From Eledone cirrhosa (taxonomy: Eukaryota): 64,000 nt of DNA. The translations under genes and the position numbers were made by a program. Every line of letters begins with the position of its first letter. Positions within the stretch are counted from its first letter, which is position 1. The stretch lies in contig OZ024748.1 in the NCBI GenBank assembly GCA_964016885.1, positions 15,624,001 through 15,688,000 on the forward strand. Direction: 5' to 3'. The notes beneath the pieces were generated by a model that had not been told where the DNA came from, did no database searches, and saw only the letters and a program-made list of their open reading frames with translations. Positions 12,095-24,835 of the stretch are shown here, one piece after another.

Positions 12095-14650
12095 GTCTTT
12101 ACTTCAGGTATAGTACATCAAGCAGTACATAGAGCAATGTTCAATGCTGTCTTTACTTCAGGTATAGTACATCAAGAAGTACATAGAATAATGTTCAATG
12201 TTGTCTTTACTTCAGGTATAGTACATCAAGAAGTACATAGAATAATGTTCAATGCTGTCTTTACTTCAGGTATAGTACATCAAGAAGTACATAGATTAAT
12301 GTTCAATGTTGTCTTTACTTCAGGTATAGTACATCAAGCAGTACATAGAGTAATGTTCAATGTTGTCTTTACTTCAGGTATAGTACATCAAGAAGTACAT
12401 AGATTAATGTTCAATGTTGTCTTTACTTCAGGTATAGTACATCAAGAAGTACATAGTGTAATGTTCAATGTTGTCTTTACTTCAGGTATAGTACATCAAG
12501 CAGTACATAGAGTAATGTTCAATGTTGTCTTTACTTCAGGTATAGTACATCAAGAAGTACATAGATTAATGTTCAATGTTGTCTTTACTTCAGGTATAGT
12601 ACATCAAGAAGTACATAGTGTAATGTTCAATGCTGTCTTTACTTCAGGTATAGTACATCAAGAAGTACATAGTGTAATGTTCAATGTTGTCTTTACTTCA
12701 GGTATAGTACATCAAGCAGTACATAGAGTAATGTTCAATGTTGTCTTTACTTCAGGTATAGTACATCAAGAAGTACATAGAATAATGTTCAATGTTGTCT
12801 TTACTTCAGGTATAGTACATCAAGCAGTACATAGATTAATGTTCAATGTTGTCTTTACTACAGGTATAGTACATCAAGAAGTACATAGTGTAATGTTCAA
12901 TGTTGTCTTTACTTCAGGTATAGTACATCAAGAAGTACATAGAATAATGTTCAATGTTGTCTTTACTTCAGGTATAGTACATCAAGCAGTACATAGAGTA
13001 ATGTTCAATGTTGTCTTTACTTCAGGTATAGTACATCAAGAAGTACATAGTGTAATGTTCAATGTTGTCTTTACTTCAGGTATAGTACATCAAGCAGTAC
13101 ATAGAGTAATGTTCAATGTTGTCTTTACTTCAGGTATAGTACATCAAGAAGTACATAGTGTAATGTTCAATGTTGTCTTTACTTCAGGTATAGTACATCA
13201 AGAAGTACATAGTGTAATGTTCAATGTTGTCTTTACTTCAGGTATAGTACATCAAGAAGTACATAGTGTAATGTTCAATGTTGTCTTTACTTCAGGTATA
13301 GTACATCAAGAAGTACATAGTGTAATGTTCAATGTTGTCTTTACTTCAGGTATAGTACATCAAGAAGTACATAGTGTAATGTTCAATGTTGTCTTTACTT
13401 CAGGTATAGTACATCAAGAAGTACATAGTGTAATGTTCAATGTTGTCTTTACTTCAGGTATAGTACATCAAGAAGTACATAGTGTAATGTTCAATGTTGT
13501 CTTTACTTCAGGTATAGTACATCAAGAAGTACATAGTGTAATGTTCAATGTTGTCTTTACTTCAGGTATAGTACATCAAGCAGTACATAGAGTAATGTTC
13601 AATGTTGTCTTTACTTCAGGTATAGTACATCAAGAAGTACATAGTGTAATGTTCAATGTTGTCTTTACTTCAGGTATAGTACATCAAGAAGTACATAGTG
13701 TAATGTTCAATGTTGTCTTTACTTCAGGTATAGTACATCAAGAAGTACATAGTGTAATGTTCAATGTTGTCTTTACTTCAGGTATAGTACATCAAGCAGT
13801 ACATAGAGTAATGTTCAATGTTGTCTTTACTTCAGGTATAGTACATCAAGAAGTACATAGTGTAATGTTCAATGTTGTCTTTACTTCAGGTATAGTACAT
13901 CAAGAAGTACATAGTGTAATGTTCAATGTTGTCTTTACTTCAGGTATAGTACATCAAGCAGTACATAGAGTAATGTTCAATGTTGTCTTTACTTCAGGTA
14001 TAGTACATCAAGAAGTACATAGGGTAATGTTCAATGTTGTCTTTACTTCAGGTATAGTACATCAAGCAGTACATAGAGTAATGTTCAATGTTGTCTTTAC
14101 TTCAGGTATAGTACATCAAGAAGTACATAGTGTAATGTTCAATGTTGTCTTTACTACAGGTATAGTACATCAAGAAGTACATAGAGTAATGTTCAATGTT
14201 GTCTTTACTTCAGGTATAGTACATCAAGCAGTACATAGATTAATGTTCAATGTTGTCTTTACTTCAGGTATAGTACATCAAGAAGTACATAGAGTAATGT
14301 TCAATGCTGTCTTTACTTCAGGTATAGTACATCAAGCAGTACATAGAATAATGTTCAATGCTGTCTTTACTTCAGGTATAGTACATCAAGAAGTACATAG
14401 TGTAATGTTCAATGTTGTCTTTACTACAGGTATAGTACATCAAGAAGTACATAGAGTAATGTTCAATGTTGTCTTTACTTCAGGTATAGTACATCAAGCA
14501 GTACATAGATTAATGTTCAATGTTGTCTTTACTTCAGGTATAGTACATCAAGAAGTACATAGTGTAATGCTCAATGTTGTCTTTACTTCAGGTATAGTAC
14601 ATGAAGAAGTACATAGATTAATGTTCAATGTTGTCTTTACTTCAGGTATA
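12095..14650. repeat. 54-bp minisatellite, 47 complete units plus a partial unit
   Basis: Unit GTCTTTACTTCAGGTATAGTACATCAAG(A/C)AGTACATAG(T/A)(G/A/T)TAATGTTCAATG(T/C)T; (14633-12095)/54=47; diverged units on both flanks. Confidence 0.97.
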
Positions 14651-14829
14651 AGTGTGCATGTCGCCACTTCAGGTATAATACATCTCGAAGTACATTATTT
14701 AAAATGCTTGTTGCTTTGCTAGTATATGATATGAGGAAGGTTTGACTACTATGTTGAGCAGGTAAAGCGATTATGTAGAGGCAAAAATCCTTTCCTCTAA
14801 ACTATCTTAATTTAACTATGAGCTGAAGT

Positions 14830-15075
14830 GGTGGAAATGGTGGAAGACATGGGTTGAAGACATGGGTGGAAACATGGGTGGAAAACAGGGGTAGGAATGG
14901 TGAAAGTAATGGGGAGAAGTGGTGGCAGACATGGGTGGAATTGATAGAAGACATGGGTGGAATTGGTGGCAGACATGGGTGGAATTGGTAGAAGACATGG
15001 GTGGAATTGGTGGCAGACATGGGTGGAATTGGTAGAAGACACGGGTGGAATTGGTGGAATACAGGGGCAGAAGTG
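14830..15075. repeat. 22-bp G-rich minisatellite
   Basis: AGACATGGGTGGAATTGGT(G/A)G(C/A) units. Confidence 0.85.
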
Positions 15076-15171
15076 GGGAAAGCTGATCTCAGAATACTGG
15101 AACTAACAAAGGAGATGACAAATCCAAGGTGTAAGACAAACATGGATGACTGGATGTAAAAATAGTGCTGC

Positions 15172-15700
15172 TGCTGATGATGATGATAATGGTAATTGTG
15201 ATTATCATAATGGTAATTATGATGGTGATGAATGTGAAGATACTGATGATGGTGATGATAGTGATGGTGAATGTGATGATGATGGTGATGATAAAGATGG
15301 TAATTATGATGATGATGATGATGATGAGAGTAATCATGATTATTATGATAATTATGATGGTGAGGGTGATGATGATGATGACGATGATGATGATGATGAT
15401 GATGGTAATGATAATGATGGTAATTATAATGATGATGATGAGGGTTATTGTGATGATGATGGTAGTGGTGGTGATGATGATGGTGATGATAACAATGGTA
15501 ACCGATTATGGTGATGGTAATTGTGATGATGACGATGATGATGGTAACTGATGATGATGATGATGATGATGATGATGACTGATGATGATGGTAGTGGTGG
15601 TGGCAATTGTGACGATGATAATGATGGTAATTATAATGATGATAATGGTGACGAGGATGGTAATTGTAATGGTGGTGGTGGTGATGATGATGATGATGAT
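15172..15700. repeat. (GAT)n-type low-complexity tract
   Basis: Direct inspection. Confidence 0.9.
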
Positions 15701-16059
15701 CTAGAGAGAACATTAAAATGGTGCATGCCTCATAAGTTTAGTGTTGTATATATGTAATAGTTTAGAATTCCTTAGTTTTGATTCAGGATATTATCCCTTT
15801 GGCATAATATATAAATTAATCACTACTTCAAACAGAGATGATAAAATGTGATAAATTGAATAAATAAATACCTCAACAAGAGAATAAAACAGAACAGACA
15901 AATATGAATGAATAAGGCAGGATATATTGAAATATTATAGAATAACATGAAAAATGTAAAATAATTACAGCAGGAGGGGTATCATAAACAAACATTGTAC
16001 TGTAGGGATCAATGACTGGAATAGTTATAAATTGATGCAGCGTCTTGTGTGTATGTGTC

Positions 16060-16273
16060 TCTCATTATATCTATGTATCTATACCTATCTCTCTTTCTCT
16101 CTGTGTCTGTCTCTTTCTATCTATATCTACCTATCTCTCTCTCTCTCTCTCTGTTTTTCCATTTTTCTATGTGTCTATTTATCTGTGTCTGTCTCTTTTT
16201 ATATCTATCTATCTATCTCACTCTGGCTGTGTCTACCTCTTTCTTTCTATATCTATCTCAATCTCAGTGTCTG

Positions 16274-16312
<39 letters not shown>

Positions 16313-16393
16313 TTGACTATCTATCTATTGCTTTCTCTCTTTCCTTGTCTATATCTATCTCTCTTTCCCTCTTTCTCTGTGTGCGTGTCTCTC

Positions 16394-16425
<32 letters not shown>

Positions 16426-16450
16426 ATGTCTGTGTGTGTGTCTGTATATG
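16060..16450. repeat. (CT)n/(CTAT)n pyrimidine-rich tract
   Basis: Direct inspection. Confidence 0.85.
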
Positions 16451-16859
16451 TGTATTTATTTATATATAAAGTATTCTATAGATTTACTTTCATGCTATAA
16501 TAACTAATATTAAAAATAAAATCCATTCACAAATTAAACATGCTCTGAATCACATATAGTAAACAAAGTAACACACACACAAATAAATCTATGGAATGAT
16601 ATACATGTGTATTTAGTCTTGCTGTGAAGTGAATCCCAACATGAAACCACTTCATAGGCTGACTATGAAGGAGTGATACTAGAGCTGTGAAATTTTGTAT
16701 ACATTAATTTCAACCCTTCTTATTAATAACTGCATTGTTTCTTCTGAGGGTCTATTTTGAAAAATAAACCTCATTTTGTCATTCCATGAGAGTATCTTGG
16801 TCTGCCTATGACCCTTTCAGCTGACCCTCATATGTATATTTGTGTGTGTATATATGTAG

Positions 16860-17072
16860 CGACAATCCATTGACTTTCGCCAAATCGGACCGAGGAAATA
16901 ATGTTTCCATTGGTCTTTCCAATTGCTAATAGTATCTATCAGTCACAACTCCAGGTATAAGGTGTCTTGCTCAAGGACATAACGCATCAATCGGAATCAA
17001 AGTCACTCCTGGAATCAAAGTCACAACCTCATGATTGTGAATCCAATTCTCTAATCACACAGTCATGTGCCT

Positions 17073-17074
<2 letters not shown>
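16860..17074 (-). mobile_element. Second tRNA-SINE family, decayed copy
   Basis: Homologous to 33178-33385; tRNA-like head on the minus strand; GTGTCTTGCTCAAGGAC core. Confidence 0.8.
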
Positions 17075-17112
<38 letters not shown>

Positions 17113-18342
17113 GAAGGAGTGCAGATTAACATGTATAAGCTATACTGTATAGCTTATAAGTGTTATTCTTTACTTCTTCATTATTAATACTCCAGGAACA
17201 ACATACCGAGGAACTATCTGGAATCAGCCACCCGAACACCACAACTAGGTAAACATCTTGTCGTGTCAAACAACGGCAAACATTAGAATCATACATTGCT
17301 CATAACCTCTACTTGGATTACCTTAAGCGATACTCGTTTACTTAAATATCTATATGTATATATCAATATATATATCAAAGTAGTTAAGATGGGATTATTT
17401 CACCATAATTGTTTATTGCATGATATATATTTCTGTTAGATGGTTATGCATGTGACTTTATCAGATGCATATGCAATCGTAGGTGCAGTTATGCAATGTT
17501 GGATATGCTGCTGGCCATGTATAACTATCCTCAAGATGTTACGATGTAACAACTATTTATAGGCAACATATCTTCTGCAATATGTAAGTGTGTATGTATG
17601 TGTGTATGTATGTGTATGTATGTGTGTGTATGTATGCGGGGTGGGGGGGTTGCTGAAAAGTTCATAGGCTGACCCATTGTTCATAAATATATTGTTTATT
17701 TCAGAAAATAGAGAATAGCTAAGGTACATTCAATTGTGATTTCCATATTTGTGCAGTGACTACGACATATTTTCTTCCTAATTTTTTTCAGTCCAGCAGT
17801 TCACCAACAATCAACCCAATACCTGTGTTGACCAGTCCACCTCTGTTACTGCCATTGAGATTGAACTGAACTTGGGCTGTCACAATTTGAAAGCAAAACT
17901 CCTTCACCGTTTCAACCATGCCAACATCTAGTGCCATTTTATGATTCAAATTACCTACTCAATATATTATGGCAATATCGAAATATATGCACCAAAGTCA
18001 GATATATATTTATTTATTTATTTATTTATTCTTATGCCTGAGAAAATATTCTTAATGAATTCAAAAATATTCATAGAATATAATGATTATTTCATATCAG
18101 CAAAGAAATCCACTTCCAAATAATTTTACTGAAAGGATTTTTATTGAGGAAATCTCTTATTTTTTTAGTGTGGTTAGATGAATTCCATTTATATAGATCT
18201 CATTTGGTTAGGTATAAGATCAATATTTCAAGAGAAGGGGAAGGAGTGTCCAGTTGAGTAAACTGACCCAAGAATGTCATTAGCACTTCTGATACCAACC
18301 TGGTCAAAACCAGCCCTTATTCTATGAAACTAAACATCCATT

Positions 18343-19016
18343 TTAACCCTCTCAGACCTGTGTCTAACTTCACATTTCCCCTGGGCTCCTGAGCAGAAAA
18401 AATAGTTACATACACAGCTCAAGTGTAATGATTGCAAACAAACTAATAGACAAAATCAACATAAAGCACAGTAATGTTTCGCCCTACACTTCATCTAAAT
18501 TTACATAATTTCCACTAGCCCCATCAGTATCAGCTGTGTGGGGGTCACATTGAATTTGTTCACCCAAATCGCTACTTTCCTCACATCACACTTTCACAAG
18601 TTTCATTGTTCAAATCACTCCTGCTGTCTGCGTAAGCGTAAACTTGTTGAAATTATTGCTTACTCTCATCCATAGACTAAATGTCATCAATAATTTCCTG
18701 AACTATGAAGAGCCTAGACATTGGTCACTTACCAGTGGAAGTGCTGGGTTCATCATACACTTGTTTCATCACAAAAACCCCAAAAAATCCCTTTTTGCAA
18801 TAAAAAAAACGAAAGTAAACAACAACTATAGGGGACACCATTAATGACAAGTCCATAAACACATAACTACAAAGCTGCAATTTGATCAGTTGTCTATTTT
18901 TAGTATCTTATCTTCTTTTTCTACATGTGTTATTCATTATCGCGTTAACAGGAATCCAGTAGAGGTTACATTCAGGCTATTACCACCTCAACAGGGACAT
19001 GGTGTGATAGGGTTAA
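18343..19016. mobile_element. Non-autonomous piggyBac-like element
   Basis: TTAA flanks on both sides; terminal inverted repeats CCCTCTCAGACC / CCCTATCACACC (10 of 12 match). Confidence 0.6.
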
Positions 19017-19699
19017 AGCTTCTTAGTTGTCTTTAATTGTAGCACCATCCCTGGTCAAAGAGAATACATTGCAATAATTGTTCCATCTCTCTGCATTTAA
19101 ATCTCACCAAGATCTACTTTCATCCTTTCAAGATCAATAAATAATTTGATAAAGCAAGCAGTAGTTATGTATTTTATTGACGTTTGCGCTGGAGATTTAT
19201 AAAATCAATACTACCCTCTGGCCAAAATGTGTGTACTTTTTCTTAAGTTAATAATTTAATTACTACATTTCTAATTAAAAAAAGAACATGCTTACGATTT
19301 TCAATTTATTTTGTAAATAATCATGAATCTGGAGTTATTTAGAAAATGCAACTTTCTCATTAATCTACACCCTGTAAGGTGGTTGTAGTTCTGGTGACAT
19401 GACAAATAACAGACCCAGTTTACTCAGTAAGGTGGCCATGCTGGTGGCATTTAAAATACACCCAATCCTGCCTGTATGTGGTCTTGATGGTACCACAATG
19501 AAAAGTCCACCAGTCCAACCAGTTAGATGGTCATTTTTGGTGCTGCTATAAAAAGCATACTATAATGGGGTTGGCATTAAGAAAGATATCCAGCCATAGA
19601 AACCAAGCCAGAGACAAATCTCTATGAGTAGGACATAGTCATCTGACCTGACTTTGAAACATAACATAACATAAAGACTCATATAAAATGATGATGCTT

Positions 19700-19970
19700 A
19701 ACTTTAAAACTGAGCTGCTTCTTTGTTGAATTGAGAGACCACAGCTCTGAAATGGGGTTAGGATGTCTCAGAAAAGAATCATTGGACAGATTTTACAAAC
19801 AATAACCAACCAGCAGAAGACCCAGGGCAAAATGGTTAGATAACATTTATGAGCTTGGATGGTCTTGCTCGAGGATCCAGCAGGATCAATTGGAGATGGT
19901 TCTTTCTAACAGGACCTGCTGGAAGGAGTAGCTGAGGACTCCCCCCCCCCATGACTCTCCCATGAATAAT
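19700..19970 (+). mobile_element. Old RTE-like LINE 3' fragment (same family as 62180-62415)
   Basis: RRPRAKWLDNIYELGWS..DQLEMVLSNRTCWK. Confidence 0.65.
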
Positions 19971-20058
19971 TTGGCAAAGGAGAAGAGCTTTTAGATAAAT
20001 ATAAAATGTACAATTTTTTAATGTAGGAGTAGGGTCCTGTATCAAGCAGATTGGAATT

Positions 20059-20099
<41 letters not shown>

Positions 20100-20767
20100 A
20101 TATTGTTTTTGAGGTTTACTTTATAAGAAGTTATTTACATGAATTACTGAGATAGCAGCCTACCAAAGTAAGGGTAGTATTGTTTACTTCAATATTAACT
20201 ACTTAAATGTGTTAAGACAGTTTAAATACTCAGTACCTTGATGTCAAGATAATGTAAAATTTAAAATATTTAGATGTGTTCAGACAAATTTGAATATGTT
20301 AAGACAAATTTGAATCCTCAGTATCTGTCAAGATAATTTAAATATTTAGATGTGTGAAGACAAATTTGAATATTTAGATGGGTTTAAGACATTAAAACAA
20401 ATTTAAATACAGAGATGTGATAAGACAAATTAAATAGATAGATTTGTTCAGAGAATTTAGATACATATATGTATTATGAGAATTTGAATTCTCAGATGTG
20501 TTAAAAGAATCTAGATAATGAGATGTGTGAAGAGAATTAAGAGAATTATATATAAATCAATGTCAAACCTTTTAAATTTTTCTATATCCAGCAATACAGC
20601 TGAAATTGCTTTATATTAGTTGAACTTATATATGTATATTTGATGAAAAGAATTACCTTACATGACCATAACACAGACATGAATGCTCACACATACTTTT
20701 AGGTGTTGTGACAAAAAGTACCTAGTACACACTGTAAATGTGGTTGGTGTTAGGAAGGGCATGTTAG

Positions 20768-21258
20768 GGAGTTCATCAGACTTCTGTTAGTTTAATTCCA
20801 TCATTAAGCTAACAGAAGTCTGATGAGCTTTTGATTCTAGCATTGGGTCCAATCAACAGAGATCAAACCTTGTGTTGATCAATTGCAAAACGCACGTCAA
20901 ACCGGAATAAATGTAATGAAAATTCCATCATTAACCCTTTAGCATTTACATTACTCTATATATACTATTATATTTTCACGGTACAGGCTTTATCTCACAT
21001 AATATTGAATCTATGAGATTTTGATATTATTTATGTTGAGAACAATACCTTAACATAAGTATCAGTGGCCAATTATGGCCGGTTTGAACAGAAGTGAGAG
21101 AATTCTGGCCAGATATGGCCAGTTTAAATGCTAAAGGGTTAAAAAAATGTCTGATGTGGTTTTGATTCCAGAGTCGGTCCTTATCGATAGAGATCGAACC
21201 TCTAGCTGATCAATCTCAAAACACGCGTCACACCTGAATGAATGTAGAGAAAATTGGA
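20768..21258 (+). ncRNA. Two tandem, decayed minimal hammerhead ribozyme repeats
   Basis: GT-CTGATGA..GC(A)AAA-CGCACG-TC at 20818-20903 and GT-CTGATGT..(A)AAA-CACGCG-TC at 21149-21233; unit starts AATTCCATCATTAA. Confidence 0.55.
20931..21142 (+). mobile_element. piggyBac-type MITE, intact
   Basis: TTAA-CCCTTTAGCATTTA...TAAATGCTAAAGGG-TTAA (perfect 14-bp TIR, TTAA target duplication). Confidence 0.9.
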
Positions 21259-21297
21259 CACCTCATGCATGCTTATTATTATTATTATTATTATTAA

Positions 21298-21642
21298 GGG
21301 CGGTGGATTGGCAGTATCCGTAGAGAGTCGGACACCATGCTTTCCAGCATAGTTACGTCCCTTTGCGGTCTGAGTTCAAATCCCGCCAAGGTTAACTTTG
21401 CCTTTCATCCTTACGGGGTCGATAAAATAAAGTACCAGTAATATACTGGGTAATTATTGGCCTTGTGCCAACAGTAGAAACAATTATTATTATTATCCTT
21501 AAATAATGCACGAGTAATGTACTGGGTAATTGCTGGCCTTGTGCCAAAAGTAGAAACAATTATTATTATTATCCTTAAATAAAGTACCAGTAATGTACTG
21601 GGTAATTGCTGGCCTTGTGCCAAAAGTAGAAACAATTATTAT
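21298..21642 (+). mobile_element. SINE with triplicated 3' tail
   Basis: Full SINE followed by two extra copies of the ..ACTGGGTAATTGCTGGCCTTGTGCCAAAAGTAGAAACAATTATT segment. Confidence 0.85.
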
Positions 21643-22836
21643 TAGCCTTCCATTCTGCTTAGTACAACATCAAAGTGCATACTGGAGATTTTGCATAAAT
21701 TGCTCACTTTGGTGAAGCAAGAGTAACTTGACATTACAAGCCCTAAAATACATAGTTATATATATGTGTGTATGTGTATATATGAATATATATATGTATA
21801 TATGAATATATATATATCTGTGTGTGTGTGTGTGTGTGTGTGTGCATGTGCATAAATGACTTTCAAAATAATCTCTAATAATCCCTGTTAATCTTAGTGT
21901 AAGTTGTCAAGGAATTAACACTACATTTCACAAAAATACAAAAATCAACACCTAAACTGGTTAAAATGCTTCAATTTACAATTTTAAAAGCAAACGCAAG
22001 GACCCCCAAAAGAAATATCTGCAGTTTATATCTTAAAACACATTTTATTGTCAACACCTTCCATTTTGGGTAGATTTTTAATGTAAATATCATGTCCAAC
22101 TGTAAAAAGCCAAAGAGAAAAAAAATATATAGAAAAATTCAAGAACTAAACACAAAAAATACATCACAAATTTAAGCAATCTTTAATTCCTAGAGACAAC
22201 CATTAGATCTTGTCATGAGTTTGATGTGTGTGTATGAATATATATATATGTACACACACACACATGTATACATATCTATATACATATATATATATATGTA
22301 TACACATACACACACATATATATATATGTATATAAATACATATATATATATACACATATATACCCTATATATATATATACATACACATATATACACTATA
22401 TATATATATACATACACATATATATATATATACATATATACATACACATATATACACATACACATATATATATATATACATATATACATACACATACACA
22501 TATATATATATATACATATATACATACACATATATACACTATATACATATATACATACACATATATACACTATATATATATACATACACATATATACACT
22601 ATATATATATACATACACATATATACACTATATATATATAGACATACACATATATATATATACATATATACATACACATATATATATATACATATATACA
22701 TACACATATATATACATACATATATATACACTATATATGTATATATATATATCCCCACCCCCACTCTCAAGCGTGAAACTAATATTAACATTTTATACTG
22801 CCTCTTCGCTTCCTTGTTTTTTTGTTTTCTGTTTCA

Positions 22837-22891
<55 letters not shown>

Positions 22892-23181
22892 CACACACAT
22901 ACCTATATGTACTGTATTAATCTTTTGGTGACAAACTTCTGGAACTGGATCTAAATTTATTTTTATTAATTGAATGTGAAGATCTGAAAATGCTCTTAAA
23001 TAAACTTAAAATTTTTAAAGAGACTGACATGACAAAACTATTGATTAAACTAAGAAAAATAAGAAATCTCACCACACAAGTTTTTACATAGTATTACAGA
23101 TTAAATCCCCAATAATGTCGAAGCTAGCATTAGCAGACAAGAGATGTATGGACATATATATATATATACATATGTATATAT

Positions 23182-23520
23182 CATCATCATTTCATTTTAC
23201 GTCCGCTTTTTCCCTGCTTGCAAGGGTGGGACGGGAACTGATGCTGGCTTGATTTCTACAGCTGGATGCCCTTCCTAACACCAACCTCATTTACAGTGAG
23301 TGCTGGGTGCTTTTTTGCCGTGGCACCTCCACGACCACTTTGCAGTGGTATGATATGGACCCCAGTCCCTATCATCTCATTTCTACAGCTGAGTAAACTG
23401 GAGCAATGTGAAATAAAGTGTCTTGCTCAAGGAAACAACACATCACCCGGTCTGAGAATTGAACTCACAACCTTTCGATTGCAAAGCCAATGCTCTAACC
23501 ACTAAGCCACGTGCCTCCAC
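23182..23520 (-). mobile_element. tRNA-headed SINE with an RTE-derived 3' tail, in (TA)n
   Basis: Head GGCTTAGTGGTTAGAGC..GAGTTCAATTC on the minus strand; 23245-23340 nearly identical to parts of the RTE 3'UTR (4414-4557); (GAT)n tail. Confidence 0.85.
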
Positions 23521-23570
23521 ACATATATATATATATATATAAAAAATAGAGGAGTAACACACGAGTTGTG

Positions 23571-23948
23571 ATATATTAGTAAAAGGTAAAGAAAATGCTG
23601 ACAAATTTTTCCCAGTGAAAAATAGTTTAACTAGGAATAAGTATAAATTAGTAATAAGTATTGGTTAGTATTCTGTTTTAGTTTTTACCGGTTGTGCATT
23701 TCTAATGCTTTTCAAAAATAATTTTGAGATAGAGCGCTCGTGATGTTTGCTTTAATCTAAAGCAAACATCACGAGCGCTCTATCTCAAAATTATTTTTGA
23801 AAAGCATTAGAAATGCGCAACCGGTAAAAACTTAAAACTAAAACTGAATACTAACCAATACTTATTACTAATTTATACTTATTCCTAATTAAACTATTTT
23901 TCACTGGGAAAAATTTGTCAGCATTTCTTTTTCCTTTTACTAATATAT
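23571..23948. repeat. Near-perfect ~380-bp palindrome (fold-back)
   Basis: Arms ~185 bp, 3-nt loop ATC at 23755-23757. Confidence 0.95.
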
Positions 23949-23981
23949 ATATGTTTCCAAATCAATCGAATATTATTATTC

Positions 23982-24365
23982 AGTAGAGCGTCCGACGCCA
24001 TGCTTTGAAGTTACAGCCTTTTATGGTCTGAGTTCAAATCCCTCCAAGGTTAACTTTGCCTTTCATCCTTACGGGGTCGATAAAATAAAGTACCAGTAAT
24101 GTACTGGGGTTGATTTAATCGATTTTCCCCTCCCCAAATTACTTGATTTGTGCCTATACTAGAAATGATTATTATTATTTGATATAGGGCGGTGGATTGG
24201 CAGTATCAGTAGAGGGTCGGACCCCATGCTTTGCAGCACAGTTACGTCCCTTTACTGACTGAGTTCAAATCCCGCCTTTCATCCTTACGGGGTCAATAAA
24301 ATAAAGTACCAGTAATAGACAGGGATAATATCTGGCATTGTGCCAAAAGTAGAAACTATTATTAT
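23982..24365 (+). mobile_element. Two tandem SINE copies
   Basis: Same family as 3446. Confidence 0.85.
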
Positions 24366-24397
24366 TTGATATAAAGATCACGAATACATATATATAC

Positions 24398-24436
<39 letters not shown>

Positions 24437-24439
<3 letters not shown>

Positions 24440-24751
24440 TTGTCCCCCATTATTCACGGGGGTTACATTTCTAGAGCACCTGTGAAGAGTGAAAAACCAC
24501 AAATATTGAACATAATCAATAAAAATGGCTATAAACATCAAAACATATAGTCTGGCAAATACAGTATATTGTTATTAATAATTTAGCATTAAAAAGAATG
24601 AAAAAATATATATTGCCATGAAAAACGCGATAACTAAGATATTTACGATTCTGCAAGTATGTGGTGGTTTCCACAAACAATAATTAGTTAGGTTCTAAGG
24701 AAAATTCCGCGAGTAATCGGGACCTGGACTGCAAATACCAGGGTTACACTG
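24437..24751. mobile_element. Tigger/pogo-type MITE
   Basis: TA-CAGT..ACTG-TA termini; left end CAGTTGTCCCCCATTATTCACGGGGGTTAC resembles MER2/Tigger ends. Confidence 0.65.
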
Positions 24752-24835
24752 TATTTGTGAGCTTTATATCAAATAATAATCGATTATCATTATTCGATAT
24801 AAAACTCACAAATATATATATATATATATATATAT

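Noticed and set aside
12095-14650. CRISPR array or 889-aa repeat protein
   Set aside because: No unique spacers, no cas genes, eukaryotic context; the ORF has no ATG-led unique domain and is explained by a stop-free 54-bp unit.
7715-15757. Poly-V/L/N/M/H/D ORFs
   Set aside because: Trinucleotide repeat tracts open in several frames with no recognisable domain.
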